From a virus, in IMG/VR virus record IMGVR_UViG_3300044941_000276, positions 41,642 to 105,641 of that record: a DNA stretch of 64,000 bases; one strand, given 5' to 3'. This document shows, piece after piece, positions 29,612 through 40,006 of the stretch (positions are counted from its first letter, which is position 1; every line of letters starts with the position of its first letter). The position numbers and the translations under genes are program-made. Under the pieces are notes generated by a model. It saw nothing but the letters and a program-made list of their open reading frames with translations. It searched no databases and had not been told where the DNA came from.

Positions 29612-30037
29612 TTAAAAAGGATTCCAATAAAATTCACTAATTGGTTTTAAATGTAAGAGTTTTTTATAATTATCTAATAAGTTTTGTAGTTTCTCTTTTC
29701 CAAACTTATCAACCCATCGCGATTTAAATAATTGCCCCTCTCTTATAAAATAAACAGTGTGAGGATCTGATCGCACAGGTATCAATAATTCTTGATTGTT
29801 ATCTTTTTTTTCTACTTTTTGATTTTTTAGTAGAGTCGTATATCTAAGTCGAGTAATTCTAATAGTTTCTTCATCATATTGGTCACAATTATCCAATATT
29901 GATTTATATTCTTCTAGCTTTTTTAACTCGGCTGCTTTTTTTTCTTCTTTTTCTTGAAGCCTTCTTGTTTGATATCTTTTAGAATAAACGTTCCAACGTT
30001 CTCCATCAAACTTATATCTTTTTGTACGTTGAGCCAT
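29612..30037 (-). CDS. hypothetical basic protein
   Basis: ORF coupled to the portal stop. Confidence 0.6.
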   Translation of the reverse strand: MAQRTKRYKFDGERWNVYSKRYQTRRLQEKEEKKAAELKKLEEYKSILDNCDQYDEETIRITRLRYTTLLKNQKVEKKDNNQELLIPVRSDPHTVYFIREGQLFKSRWVDKFGKEKLQNLLDNYKKLLHLKPISEFYWNPF

Positions 30038-32412
30038 TATATCATGTTAAAATTAATACTATTATTATTAGGATTATTATCCTTAATCTGTAATTTTTCT
30101 ACATTGAGCGCCTCTTCTTTAATAGCTCTATTGTCATTAATCTGTTTGTTTTTAAGTTCAAGCTCTTTTAGTTTAGTTTCTTTTTCCAAATTTAACTTTT
30201 CGCGCTCAAGTTTAAGTTTTTCTTCTTGTATTAAAGCTTCTTTGCCTCCTAATTTTTGAATTGTTGCTTGCAACTCTTCAATTTGTTTTTGTAATTGTTC
30301 ATTTTCTTGTTGCATGTTAGCCAGTTGCGTCATAGCCGATTGTTCAATTGCCGCAACACCTTGATCAATAACTTGTTTCCTTCTACTTATAGATCGAGAC
30401 ATCAATGTATTAAATGCAGTTTGAAGATCTACTAAGTTGTTATCAAGCGCTCTCAATAATAACTCATCGGCTCTTTTTAATTTTTCTGTATCTTCAAGGT
30501 CATCGCTTATAAATACACCATAATCAGCTAAACTATATCGCTCTGCATCTATTGAAAATATTTTATGAGTATCTCCAACAGTAACACTACCTACCCAGTT
30601 ATCCATGACAGTTAATCTTGATAAGTTAACAACATTGGTCAAAGTTTGTTTGATTAACATTCCATTAAGATAATATAAATCTTTTGTAATAACTTCTCCT
30701 TGTTTTATTGCCATGGTAGTAGTAGATTTACCATCTTGTTCTTCTATTTGACCTAACAGTTGTCTATTTAAGCCAACAATATTCATTGCTTGTTCTCTTA
30801 GTATCTCAAGATAGTTCATATAAGCTTGAAGTAATCCTCCATCAAGGTTAGAAGGGTAACTTCCAAAGTTATTAAAAGCATATTGACCTTCCATGCCTTC
30901 TTGAGAAAGCGATACTATTTGATCCATTCCTGCTTTTTTATAAGCTGCGTTTTTAATAATTCTTTCGTGAACTTTATCTCCAAATTGTTTAGGTATGTGT
31001 TCAAGAGGTATGATTACTCCACCTGGACGAGCCATAGAAAATAAGTTATTTAATTGAAAATATGTGATATCGTACATATTTTGTATGTCTCTTGTTGCCC
31101 ATACTAAAGAATAGGGCTTGCTATTACGTCCGCGATATAATAACCCATTGTATGATAATTTACATTCATAGGGATTATCGTGTTCTCTATTAACATAAGC
31201 ACACTTACCATATCCAAAATATAAACCTCTTCCAATATCTATCTTATAACATTCATATCGATCTTTTCTTCTACGTTTTTTAGAATTGATATTATCTCTT
31301 CCTTTTGTATGAACCAAATCAAGAACGTCATTATCGGCTTCTACTTCATTAGGACTTATCCATTCTACGTGAAATACTGGAATGAGAGCTCTTCTCCATC
31401 TAGCTGTACCTGTAAAGTAAAGATGTTCTTGGTTAGACCGGTTTTCTGAATCAATTTGATTAATAAATACCTGTTCGTTTCTCCATCGACCGTAGTTATT
31501 ATAATAATCTACAAACATCATCTCTAATCGAGTTCTATCCTCCTCAGTAAGATAATGCCCGTATTCTGTTAATATGTCTCCCGATGTCATCCAGCGTCTA
31601 TGTACTACTCTTCTACAATCTTGTAACCACATTTTCTCTTCATTGTAATCAAAAAAAGTTTCTTCGGGATTACATAATTCTACTACTGGATCTTTTCCAA
31701 GTTCTTTTATATAGGTTCTTATATAGGCTTGTCCGGTAACACACAGATCTTGAAAAGCCATATTAAACTTTTGTTTAAGATTATATCGATCAATATAATA
31801 TTGTATATAATCTTGTGCAGCTACTTCGTAATCGGTTTTCCAATTGCTTCCGTATTTTTGACTTATTTTCCTTTTTAAGTCTTCGATCCAAAACATTTTC
31901 TTTTTACTTTCTCTTTCAAGCTCCTCTTTAATACTTTCTGCTTTTTTTGGATCGCGACTCATCAACTTTTGATACTCTTGAACCATTTGAAGGTGTTTGT
32001 TAAAAGTATTCATTACTTCTAGTGATATTTCCTCCAACATGAAGAAGCGTCTCTCATTTTGTTTAATCAAAAGAGCATCGGAGTTTTGACAAGTAACTTG
32101 ATAATCGAGATGATTTTGCAATTGAACGTTAGTTAATGCTTTTATCATTACTCCCATCAAAGGAACAAAAGGTATATCTTGTGGGTGAGATACTCCATAA
32201 TTGTCTACTAAGTGTTGAAATTCACTGTTATCTCTTATACCATTAAAAAAATCATAACATTTACGTTCGTAAATTTTATCTGTTACGAGATCGGCAATGT
32301 GTCTATCACAATTACCTATCAAGTACCGTTCTTTTGATTTATCTTCTTCTTTTACAAAGTCACTTAATTCGCTTATACGATTGTAACCTACTTCTTGAGA
32401 ACCATTAGTCAT
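30037..32412 (-). CDS. portal protein
   Basis: 791 aa after the terminase; YD.FNG.RD..EF..L..NYG...P....F.PL; PYSL...T..IQ..YD; C-terminal coiled coil. Confidence 0.9.
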   Translation of the reverse strand: MTNGSQEVGYNRISELSDFVKEEDKSKERYLIGNCDRHIADLVTDKIYERKCYDFFNGIRDNSEFQHLVDNYGVSHPQDIPFVPLMGVMIKALTNVQLQNHLDYQVTCQNSDALLIKQNERRFFMLEEISLEVMNTFNKHLQMVQEYQKLMSRDPKKAESIKEELERESKKKMFWIEDLKRKISQKYGSNWKTDYEVAAQDYIQYYIDRYNLKQKFNMAFQDLCVTGQAYIRTYIKELGKDPVVELCNPEETFFDYNEEKMWLQDCRRVVHRRWMTSGDILTEYGHYLTEEDRTRLEMMFVDYYNNYGRWRNEQVFINQIDSENRSNQEHLYFTGTARWRRALIPVFHVEWISPNEVEADNDVLDLVHTKGRDNINSKKRRRKDRYECYKIDIGRGLYFGYGKCAYVNREHDNPYECKLSYNGLLYRGRNSKPYSLVWATRDIQNMYDITYFQLNNLFSMARPGGVIIPLEHIPKQFGDKVHERIIKNAAYKKAGMDQIVSLSQEGMEGQYAFNNFGSYPSNLDGGLLQAYMNYLEILREQAMNIVGLNRQLLGQIEEQDGKSTTTMAIKQGEVITKDLYYLNGMLIKQTLTNVVNLSRLTVMDNWVGSVTVGDTHKIFSIDAERYSLADYGVFISDDLEDTEKLKRADELLLRALDNNLVDLQTAFNTLMSRSISRRKQVIDQGVAAIEQSAMTQLANMQQENEQLQKQIEELQATIQKLGGKEALIQEEKLKLEREKLNLEKETKLKELELKNKQINDNRAIKEEALNVEKLQIKDNNPNNNSINFNMI

Positions 32413-34612
32413 ATATCCAAGTTTTTGTTTTTACATTATATATACGTTCCTTTATCTGTTCTTGTACTATAAAATCATTATTGCGTCCAGGAACACCAAA
32501 ATGCTTAGCTCCATTGGGAAGTCGATACCATACGGGAAGCTCCAAAGTGTCTTTTGTAGATACTATCTCTTTTGCTATTTTATTTGAATACTCGGCTTCT
32601 AATATTTCTGTCATTCCCATTGCAGCTACTATGTCAAACTTTCCTTTTTCTTCTCTTGTGTAAGAAGTTAACTGTTTAACTTGAGCACTAAAATAAAGAT
32701 TCTCACCATAATCAGTAAGATATTGAGTTATTTTCTCAATATAAAAGTTAACAACTACATGGGTAGCTCTTATTCCATATTTATTTTTGTTAGCGCGATA
32801 ACTATTATCTGATCGAGATAAAGCGTCGGGTTCTTTAGAAAGGTATCTTAAAAATCCATTATCTCTAAAATAATCCAATATATTTATACGAGTATATTCT
32901 AGCAAAGCTATACCATTAAAGTACATCAAAGCATAAGCTATTTGTTTATATCCTTCTCTAACATCATCGGGGCGATGATTGTACAAACAAACATAAGTGT
33001 TGTTATAAACATCTCTAGGATTATTAGGATCGATGCGTTTTTTTATAACCATTGATAATTTGGAAGCTTTTCCTCCACTTTCTGAATCGACACCTCCCTG
33101 ATCTATACTATCAATACCCCCTATATATAGATGACTTATATTTTGATTAGATAATAACGATTCATACGCACCATAGGGCTGTTTTATGACCCACGATGGA
33201 TGATCCAATATATGTATCAGACCAGCGGGATCCTCTATAAATTTTATTCCTATTAACTGACCCTCTCTATTTCTTATTTCTGAGAAATAACCGCGTTGTA
33301 TATTAGGTTTTATAAGGCCAGTTTCCAAATCTACAAGCTGCCTAGCTAACTTATTAGAACTAAATACTCTACCTGTGGTTTTAATAAGAGCCTCTTCTAT
33401 TGTAAAAGGGTGATCGGCAATGTAAGCCATAGCATCTTGATCAGATTGACCAGAAAGAACTTTGGCTCTTCCTTGTTTTAATCTTCTTAATGACTCAGAT
33501 CTTAGTGGATTTCCGTCAACATCTCGCAAAGCGACATCATAAGCTGGAACAAACCATCCTACACCCGATCCTTTTTCATAATACTCGGGACTATTATGAT
33601 CAATTATTATAGATAAAGGATCGGTAGGTATTGATTCTATAAATTCCTCGGTTATTACTCCTTCAGGAGGGGCCCACACATTCCTAAATTTTACCATATT
33701 AAAACCATTGGGGTTATATATAATAGATTTTAACCCTTCGGCTGCTTGTTCTTCTACGTTGGATGTTCCCCACGCAATGATAGTTCCTATTACTTGAGTA
33801 CCACTGTTAAGTTCTACAAGAGGTCTAGAAATATTTATTTGATTTACAAGATTTTTATTAGTACCAGCTTCTTCATAATATAATTTATAACCGCGTTTAC
33901 CTCGTACTTTATCTACTTTATCTACAACTACACCTTCTATTACACCCGATGTTTTAGTACGAGTACCATCTTTTTTGATTATACCGCCTTGTCTTTTATA
34001 ATCGGCTACTTTATCTGCAATCTTGAAGTGCTTTTTAAATCTACCATCGGTGTGGTTATTGAGATAGTCCATAGCATTAAAAGCTTTTGTTATGATACCA
34101 TCGCCTCCGAGATATTGGTCATAACTAGCAAAATAAAAGCTATTTCTTTCTATTATTTCTTTTGATGATGGGTCATAATCGGTTATCATTATATCACGCG
34201 CTCCCATAGCTGCACACTTTTCGCTATAACCACACCCTCTAACTTTAACAGCTCCAAGATGAAGTCCATTTTTTTCACAATATTCTACTATACGAAAAAA
34301 TTGCCAATCGATAAACCAAAAATCAGGATGTCCTTGTACCCTATCGGGACTACCGTTGCGCATAATAATTTTAGGTATAGGATAATAATTAAGATAAAAA
34401 TAATGATATCCTGTTATTCTTACCTCGCCTACTTGGTAACCTTCTAAACATCTACGTTTTTCCTCATCCCAAAAAGCAGCCCAGGCTTTTGAGCCTGGGA
34501 CTTCCAATGTGTATCTGCCATGGGCTAACTTAAATTGGGCAGCTTTATTAAAATGATGGGTGTTTTTTATATACCCTCGATCATCAAAATAAGGAACATT
34601 CTTTTTACTCAT
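32405..34612 (-). CDS. terL: terminase large subunit
   Basis: RITGYHYFYLNY; Walker A-like KVRGCGYSE; Walker B YYEEAG; nuclease GGIDSIDQG and KFDIVAAMGM. Confidence 0.92.
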   Translation of the reverse strand: MSKKNVPYFDDRGYIKNTHHFNKAAQFKLAHGRYTLEVPGSKAWAAFWDEEKRRCLEGYQVGEVRITGYHYFYLNYYPIPKIIMRNGSPDRVQGHPDFWFIDWQFFRIVEYCEKNGLHLGAVKVRGCGYSEKCAAMGARDIMITDYDPSSKEIIERNSFYFASYDQYLGGDGIITKAFNAMDYLNNHTDGRFKKHFKIADKVADYKRQGGIIKKDGTRTKTSGVIEGVVVDKVDKVRGKRGYKLYYEEAGTNKNLVNQINISRPLVELNSGTQVIGTIIAWGTSNVEEQAAEGLKSIIYNPNGFNMVKFRNVWAPPEGVITEEFIESIPTDPLSIIIDHNSPEYYEKGSGVGWFVPAYDVALRDVDGNPLRSESLRRLKQGRAKVLSGQSDQDAMAYIADHPFTIEEALIKTTGRVFSSNKLARQLVDLETGLIKPNIQRGYFSEIRNREGQLIGIKFIEDPAGLIHILDHPSWVIKQPYGAYESLLSNQNISHLYIGGIDSIDQGGVDSESGGKASKLSMVIKKRIDPNNPRDVYNNTYVCLYNHRPDDVREGYKQIAYALMYFNGIALLEYTRINILDYFRDNGFLRYLSKEPDALSRSDNSYRANKNKYGIRATHVVVNFYIEKITQYLTDYGENLYFSAQVKQLTSYTREEKGKFDIVAAMGMTEILEAEYSNKIAKEIVSTKDTLELPVWYRLPNGAKHFGVPGRNNDFIVQEQIKERIYNVKTKTWIYD

Positions 34613-35177
34613 CGCCGATAATTAATTTTTCTTCCCATCCAAGATCAAGATCTCCTTTTGTAGCGGTTTCTTGTTTAAGTTCTTCAAGAGCTCTCTTTTC
34701 AAGACGTTTAATAGAATCAATAACAAACTCTGCTTGTTTCATAATAGCTATAAGTTCTTTAGGATCATGAAGAAGCGTGCCTTTTCTAGCACCACTATCT
34801 ACTTTTTCAATAAAATTGACTGTATCAAAATAATCTTCTAGTGATTTCATTCCCTTTTCCATTTTTTTAATCATTCTTAGTACTGGAGTGGAATATTTTA
34901 TACTATGATATTTTTCAGCAGCTATTTTTACATAATCGGGGACTTCTTTTAACGATATATCGGAAAGAGCTTGCGCTTCTGCTTCTACTCTTGTAAAATT
35001 CACATAGGGACTTTCTGGATCTTGAGTAAGGTATATATAGGTAAAGTATTTAAACGCTTGACCTTTATCTTTAGATTTATCATTATCTATTATTTTTTTA
35101 AATTCCTCTATTAAAAGTAACTCGGGTATATTAAGAGTTAATTTAAAATTATTATAACTAAATATCTTCAGTTTCAT
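34605..35177 (-). CDS. conserved protein upstream of terL (candidate small terminase)
   Basis: Position; LLI.EF..I...DKSKDK..A.K.F.YIY. Confidence 0.5.
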   Translation of the reverse strand: MKLKIFSYNNFKLTLNIPELLLIEEFKKIIDNDKSKDKGQAFKYFTYIYLTQDPESPYVNFTRVEAEAQALSDISLKEVPDYVKIAAEKYHSIKYSTPVLRMIKKMEKGMKSLEDYFDTVNFIEKVDSGARKGTLLHDPKELIAIMKQAEFVIDSIKRLEKRALEELKQETATKGDLDLGWEEKLIIGDE

Positions 35178-35493
35178 CTATTACTTCACAATTGTTTTCT
35201 TTACAATAATCAGCCAACATTTCAGACGCATATCTGACCCAAATTTGAGGAATATCAATCATACATTGATCCTCACCATCAATACCTCGATATATTCTAT
35301 TACCATCGGTAATTTCAAGAGTAAAATTACCTAATCGAGGGAATATTCTATATCCCAACCCGTTGGTAAAATTTCCTTGAGCCCAACCATTATACAAACC
35401 GTTACCTCCATATTGATCAGGAGATCGATAAAAGTTAGACAATATGCGTATTGTCTTAGCTATATCTTCTGGAGAAGAATATGTAGATTTCAT
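35158..35493 (-). CDS. hypothetical protein
   Basis: ORF track. Confidence 0.55.
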   Translation of the reverse strand: MKSTYSSPEDIAKTIRILSNFYRSPDQYGGNGLYNGWAQGNFTNGLGYRIFPRLGNFTLEITDGNRIYRGIDGEDQCMIDIPQIWVRYASEMLADYCKENNCEVIDETEDI

Positions 35494-35912
35494 GGATTAA
35501 GGGATAATAAATAAACATATCGAGCTATAAAACCTTCAAGCTCATCGAGTACATTTTTTATTGATCCAACAGTTTCAGGAAATTCCATAATATACTCTAA
35601 CATTGTTTGAAGAATAGTTATAGCTTCTTTTTTAGAATGATAATCGGTTAATTTATCAACTATCATTGGAGATATAGGTGATGAGGTAATACCTATGTAT
35701 ATCTCGGCTAAAGTATCGGCATACTTGGCAAATCCATCGACAATTTCATCATAATATTTATGCTCAGTAGAAGACTGAGTATTCCAATGATAAAATTTAA
35801 ACTGGGTTTCAAGAAATTTTAAATCGCTTATCAATTGTACGATAGGATCGACTTCTTGAACTTGTTCTTCTGCAGAACTTTTGCTATCATGAATTGATTC
35901 TATTAAGTTCAT
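35490..35912 (-). CDS. ferritin/Dps-like protein (DUF5856-like)
   Basis: K.YHWNT....EH...DE.......D.LAE; likely start MNLIESIH at 35912. Confidence 0.75.
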   Translation of the reverse strand: MNLIESIHDSKSSAEEQVQEVDPIVQLISDLKFLETQFKFYHWNTQSSTEHKYYDEIVDGFAKYADTLAEIYIGITSSPISPMIVDKLTDYHSKKEAITILQTMLEYIMEFPETVGSIKNVLDELEGFIARYVYLLSLNP

Positions 35913-36345
35913 CTTGTTTTTTAATATATTGTTCAAATAAAGTTTTATTCCATCGACCCATCGGGCAAGGTCCTGTTCCATCTTTCTTCTCAAGTTCTGA
36001 TTCTTCAAAATAATGATTGGGTTTATTAGGCGTGCCGTCAGCATTTAATATAGGACAACCACATCCTCTATAATATACTTTGTTATTATCAATTACTAAT
36101 CGAATAACACCAAAACTATCAGTAACGTTGATATATTTATCAGCGTTGATTATATCTATAGTATCTCCGTCTTCAGATTTTAATACATTGGGATCACATA
36201 CTCTATCATTTAATAAAGGACATGATTTGCATTGAGAAACCCTAAAAGATACAACATCAGGATCGGGTCGACCATTAATAAGAGTATTAAACTTGGTAGA
36301 TACCAAGTTTAATGCTCCTTTTACTAAGAATTTATTTTCCATCAA
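35887..36345 (-). CDS. Zn-binding protein (CxxCP...CGC...CP.G.W)
   Basis: Cys motif pattern. Confidence 0.55.
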   Translation of the reverse strand: MMENKFLVKGALNLVSTKFNTLINGRPDPDVVSFRVSQCKSCPLLNDRVCDPNVLKSEDGDTIDIINADKYINVTDSFGVIRLVIDNNKVYYRGCGCPILNADGTPNKPNHYFEESELEKKDGTGPCPMGRWNKTLFEQYIKKQDELNRINS

Positions 36346-36682
36346 AGTAATAAATAATATTATGGGTAATCATCATAATATACTCACCTCGATATTCTTT
36401 AAGATCAGCTACTTCAAACTTTTGGAAAGTGCTCATAGTTGACCAAAATACTAACATACCGGGCAAAATATCTTTATCGTTAGATGCAAGTACATAACCA
36501 CAAGGTAATTTATCTCCAACCATAGAAGGAGCTACATATATACCTTTTTCATTTTTCTCATTAATATCGATAGGTTTAACAATTACCTGACGAGTGTCGG
36601 TAATATTTGGAAATTTAGCAAGAGCAAAATAATCATATTCTGCTTGTGCTGGTTTTTTTGTTTTTATAGTTTCTAATTTCAT
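36332..36682 (-). CDS. co-chaperonin GroES-like protein
   Basis: RQVIVKP....EK.EKGIYV......G.VLA.....PG..V. Confidence 0.65.
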   Translation of the reverse strand: MKLETIKTKKPAQAEYDYFALAKFPNITDTRQVIVKPIDINEKNEKGIYVAPSMVGDKLPCGYVLASNDKDILPGMLVFWSTMSTFQKFEVADLKEYRGEYIMMITHNIIYYFDGK

Positions 36683-37083
36683 AACATTTCTAATATTTCA
36701 TTTATACGTTTAATTATTTCACTATTGCCATACAAAGCATCTTTTGCCAATTGTAAATAATATTCACCTGTACGACTTTCTTTTACAAGATCTCTTGAGT
36801 CAAAGTTTTTTTCAATGTATTCTCCTTCGGTTGTATGACCCATGGGATCGGTATACTTGGTATACCAACCACACTGGATACCTTTTAATACATTGTTTTC
36901 GACTTTTTCTCCGTTTTCTAATTCTACTACTCTCTTTTTAAGAGATCCATCAGGATTGGTGTCCCATATGATACCAGTAACTCTCATACTTGGAGATTGA
37001 TCGAAAGGAACTCCTTTCAATTTAACTGTATCGTTTATATGAAACATCACTTTTCTTTTTTTGTTGCTCTTATTGCTTTCCAT
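36679..37083 (-). CDS. DUF2158/YodC-like protein
   Basis: F...D.V.LK....P.M.V....CGWY....F...DL. Confidence 0.55.
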   Translation of the reverse strand: MESNKSNKKRKVMFHINDTVKLKGVPFDQSPSMRVTGIIWDTNPDGSLKKRVVELENGEKVENNVLKGIQCGWYTKYTDPMGHTTEGEYIEKNFDSRDLVKESRTGEYYLQLAKDALYGNSEIIKRINEILEML

Positions 37084-37508
37084 TCTTCGTAAATTGATTC
37101 TCCTATTATAATATAATTAACATTGACTATGTTGTAAGAAGCTTGTCCTTTATACGATAATCTATACAACAGCGCAAAGATATCGGGGTTTTCTTTACAA
37201 AACAAATAACAACTTAGATAACTTATAAAATGAGCTATAGTTCTATTTGAATAAAACACACCTCGATAATTAAAAGCTCCTTGATTATTATATATCCTTT
37301 TACCTACTTTAAGAGGTATAGTAAGATATACGTTTTCTTTATAATAATATCCAAAAGATATACCATCGACATTATATATACCGCGCGTATTATTTTCTAC
37401 TTTACCTGTAAATACTTCACCATAACATGATGATTTTACTACAGGTACCCACGGGTTATATAACGATAATACCTCGGTAACAATATCACTAGGAGTCGTT
37501 ACTTCCAT
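37047..37508 (-). CDS. hypothetical protein
   Basis: ORF track. Confidence 0.5.
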   Translation of the reverse strand: MEVTTPSDIVTEVLSLYNPWVPVVKSSCYGEVFTGKVENNTRGIYNVDGISFGYYYKENVYLTIPLKVGKRIYNNQGAFNYRGVFYSNRTIAHFISYLSCYLFCKENPDIFALLYRLSYKGQASYNIVNVNYIIIGESIYEEWKAIRATKKEK

Positions 37509-38245
37509 ATTACAGATACATCTATCTTATCAGCATCTACTATTGTAAATCGATCCCGATCTATGTGAATTAATTTTAATTCATCTACCTCATAACCGAC
37601 TTTCGTTAATATATGTCGATATATAGATAATTGTATAGAGTATCGGGAATGGTTCGTATTAGGAAGATAGTCAAAAGGAGGTCGCAATTTAAAATTGGTC
37701 TTTTTTTCTTTTCCTGTTTTTTTATCAATATAAGTATCTCTTAGTATAGGCTTTCCAGTTTTATAATCGAGCAAAGCAAGACGATTGGTTTCAAGATTGT
37801 AAGCAAGTACATCACATGTACCCGACACTCTGAGATCTGGATCGTACATGCGCAACTCGGAACATATAATCTTATATCGCCCAGCAAGATGTCTATACAA
37901 CGATATCAATGTTGATCGATACTCTTTTATATCAATACCTTTTACTGGTAAATTAAGGCTCTTATTTTCAAGATATTTATGAACCAATGAACCTTTCTCG
38001 GTAGCTATTTTTGACTTTTTATCCCATTCTTTGATAACTTCTTCTTGAGTCATATTATACTCATCGGCCTTCTTTTTAGACCAGTAATCACGGTCAAAAT
38101 TCTCATAGCGTTTTACTATACTAGTAGCAGATGTTAATTCTACATCGGGTTGAGTAGCTAAGTAATATTTATGATTAACTTCATCAAATATAAGATCCTT
38201 AAATAACTCTTCTATCTCTGCGCGCAGTTTCTTTTTATTTATCAT
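37499..38245 (-). CDS. PD-(D/E)XK exonuclease
   Basis: FDE..H.Y; KG..VH..LE; SE..M; SGT.D; LDYKT; Y..QLS.Y. Confidence 0.85.
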   Translation of the reverse strand: MINKKKLRAEIEELFKDLIFDEVNHKYYLATQPDVELTSATSIVKRYENFDRDYWSKKKADEYNMTQEEVIKEWDKKSKIATEKGSLVHKYLENKSLNLPVKGIDIKEYRSTLISLYRHLAGRYKIICSELRMYDPDLRVSGTCDVLAYNLETNRLALLDYKTGKPILRDTYIDKKTGKEKKTNFKLRPPFDYLPNTNHSRYSIQLSIYRHILTKVGYEVDELKLIHIDRDRFTIVDADKIDVSVIWK

Positions 38246-38423
38246 ATGTTACAGGAATAACTTCTTCAATTGTATAATCGTCATAATCGATACCCAAATC
38301 TTCAAATTTTTTTATAGCTTGTTCTTTCCCCCAAGCTTCTATCAACAAAGTCTCTGTTATAAATCGTCCACGATCATTAAAACGATAATACAGATAATAA
38401 AATATCTTATAAGTTTTCATCAT
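38235..38423 (-). CDS. hypothetical protein
   Basis: ORF track; IEA...E.A motif. Confidence 0.5.
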   Translation of the reverse strand: MMKTYKIFYYLYYRFNDRGRFITETLLIEAWGKEQAIKKFEDLGIDYDDYTIEEVIPVTYDK

Positions 38424-38580
38424 TTCTTGTAAAAGAATAAAGTAAAAATATAATAGAAACCATTAATAATGATAAATCAAGTATACTGATATTTAATCTC
38501 ATTATACTATAAGTAGTATTTATCACTACAAGTAAAAATATAATAGCAGCTAACCAAAATAAATATTTATTTTTCATCAT
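38407..38580 (-). CDS. 57-aa two-TM membrane protein missing from the ORF track
   Basis: Manual translation MMKNKYLFWLAAIIFLLVVINTTYSIMRLNISILDLSLLMVSIIFLLYSFTRNDENL*. Confidence 0.55.
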   Translation of the reverse strand: MMKNKYLFWLAAIIFLLVVINTTYSIMRLNISILDLSLLMVSIIFLLYSFTRNDENL

Positions 38581-38779
38581 CTTTATGTTTTAATCTTCCA
38601 AAACTAATATTGGGCAAAACTCTCATGTCTGTATGAGTCCATTGCCATATCTCGCCAGACTCTTGTATCACAGTATATAGAGTATCGGTCTCTGTTCCAT
38701 ACTCGGTTACTAACCATATCACACCTTCGCCCTTAGGTGTCAAAACATAAACCCTATTTTGAGGTTCAAATATTCTCAT
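38567..38779 (-). CDS. hypothetical protein (V.TPKG.G.......YG.E.D.....GE.W)
   Basis: ORF track; motif seen in small phage proteins. Confidence 0.55.
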   Translation of the reverse strand: MRIFEPQNRVYVLTPKGEGVIWLVTEYGTETDTLYTVIQESGEIWQWTHTDMRVLPNISFGRLKHKDDEK

Positions 38780-39231
38780 TGTATCTTATCTCTGTATTTC
38801 TTTATACGATTACCTTGAAAAAACATATCGGGATTTATCCAAAAAACATCTTTTATTACTGTTGGAGAAATAAATCCATATCGGATCAATTCATCTCTTG
38901 CTTTAGTGTAAGTGTTATAAGATAAATTTTGTTCTTTAAGATAGCGATCTTTATTAATATAAACCCAATCACAACCCTCATCTATTTCAAATATTAACCA
39001 AAGAAAAAGTCTTTGAGAACATGAGGATAGATCGTTTACAATCTTTCTACGTTCACTCGAAACAAATATTTTAGTAAAACGCGTAGCTTCCAACTCTATA
39101 ATCTCTTTTACTAAAACATCATCATCCATCACATAATTTTTTCCTTTTATTTTATTTACAGGAATGGATAAAGAGTTAACAAAAGGATTTTTACCTAATA
39201 AAGATTGATCTATTGATTTATTCTTTTTCAT
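38776..39231 (-). CDS. RepL-like replication/maintenance HTH protein
   Basis: FTKIF; S.NT......ELI..GFI......FWINP..FF.G.R. Confidence 0.7.
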   Translation of the reverse strand: MKKNKSIDQSLLGKNPFVNSLSIPVNKIKGKNYVMDDDVLVKEIIELEATRFTKIFVSSERRKIVNDLSSCSQRLFLWLIFEIDEGCDWVYINKDRYLKEQNLSYNTYTKARDELIRYGFISPTVIKDVFWINPDMFFQGNRIKKYRDKIQ

Positions 39232-39236
39232 TTGTG

Positions 39237-39244
39237 CAAAGCTA
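39237..39244 (-). promoter_or_regulatory. TAnnTTTG -7 element (TAGCTTTG), probably leaderless repL transcript
   Basis: Consensus ends 5 nt before ATG 39231. Confidence 0.6.
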
Positions 39245-39289
39245 ACACATATATGTATATTATCATATAGTTATCATATAGATATTATC

Positions 39290-39645
39290 AAAATTTTGTG
39301 AGTTTTATAAAATACTATACATCTCACAAATGAGCGGTCACAAAAAATAGGGTCACAAAAAATTGTGAAATCGAAAAAGTCAAAAAATTGCTTAATCAGA
39401 TATATGAGAGTAACAAAAAATGACAAAAAAAATTCAAAAAAGAACCGTCTTATAGCTTTAAGGGTATACTCGAGTAGGTCAATTTTTGGTCAAAAAACGA
39501 TTGATGAGCTATATAAAAGTAAACTTTTCTCTTTTTTTCTACTCACAAAAAATTGTGAGAAAAATGTGAGATGGGTTCTCTAATGTTGTTTAAAGTACAT
39601 CAAACGAATTTTTTTATTTTTTTATTTTTTTATTTTTTGTTTTTT
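39290..39645. repeat. TCACAA(AAAA)TTGTGA repeats plus T-tract; candidate replication origin at the strand switch
   Basis: Palindromes at 39353-39368 and 39542-39559, half-sites near 39296, 39323, 39338; long T-tract ~39609-39645. Confidence 0.55.
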
Positions 39646-39715
39646 GTTGAGGGAATATTTGGTCTGTACCCCCATCCTGCCCCGCTTGGGTTTGCAACTA
39701 AACACCATAAATTAT

Positions 39716-40006
39716 ATGAAATCTTACGAATTTGAATCCGGTGCTGAGTTCACCGGAGGCTCGCTCTTAGGGCGTATTGAAGTACAAGTTGAAACCTCGA
39801 CGAAAGGGTCAGGTCTTAACAAAGGCAAGTGGCGCAATACTATAAAGCCGGTTGAAGTAATCCTCACAAATAAGAAGACTGGGAAGAAAACGGCGTCTAT
39901 CCGTGAGGCGTTCAATTCAAAGACTAAATTGGACGCCGGCACCTACACAGTAGGTGTCTATGAAGCGGACATCAACAACAAATTGACAGCCTACCTGGCT
40001 TTGTAA
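39716..40006 (+). CDS. first early gene, hypothetical (96 aa)
   Basis: ATG 39716 with A/T-rich leader (MKSYEFESG...). Confidence 0.7.
   Translation: MKSYEFESGAEFTGGSLLGRIEVQVETSTKGSGLNKGKWRNTIKPVEVILTNKKTGKKTASIREAFNSKTKLDAGTYTVGVYEADINNKLTAYLAL

Noticed and set aside
783-34447. Many short antisense ORFs in the track (e.g. 783..1013, 4812..5123, 21067..21321, 29954..30259)
   Set aside because: They lie opposite well-supported genes and have no recognisable motifs
32405-34612. Introns or inteins in terminase, portal or capsid genes
   Set aside because: Continuous ORFs of expected size with no homing-endonuclease or intein motifs
39365-39583. 72-aa plus-strand ORF
   Set aside because: Low-complexity product of the A-rich repeat region
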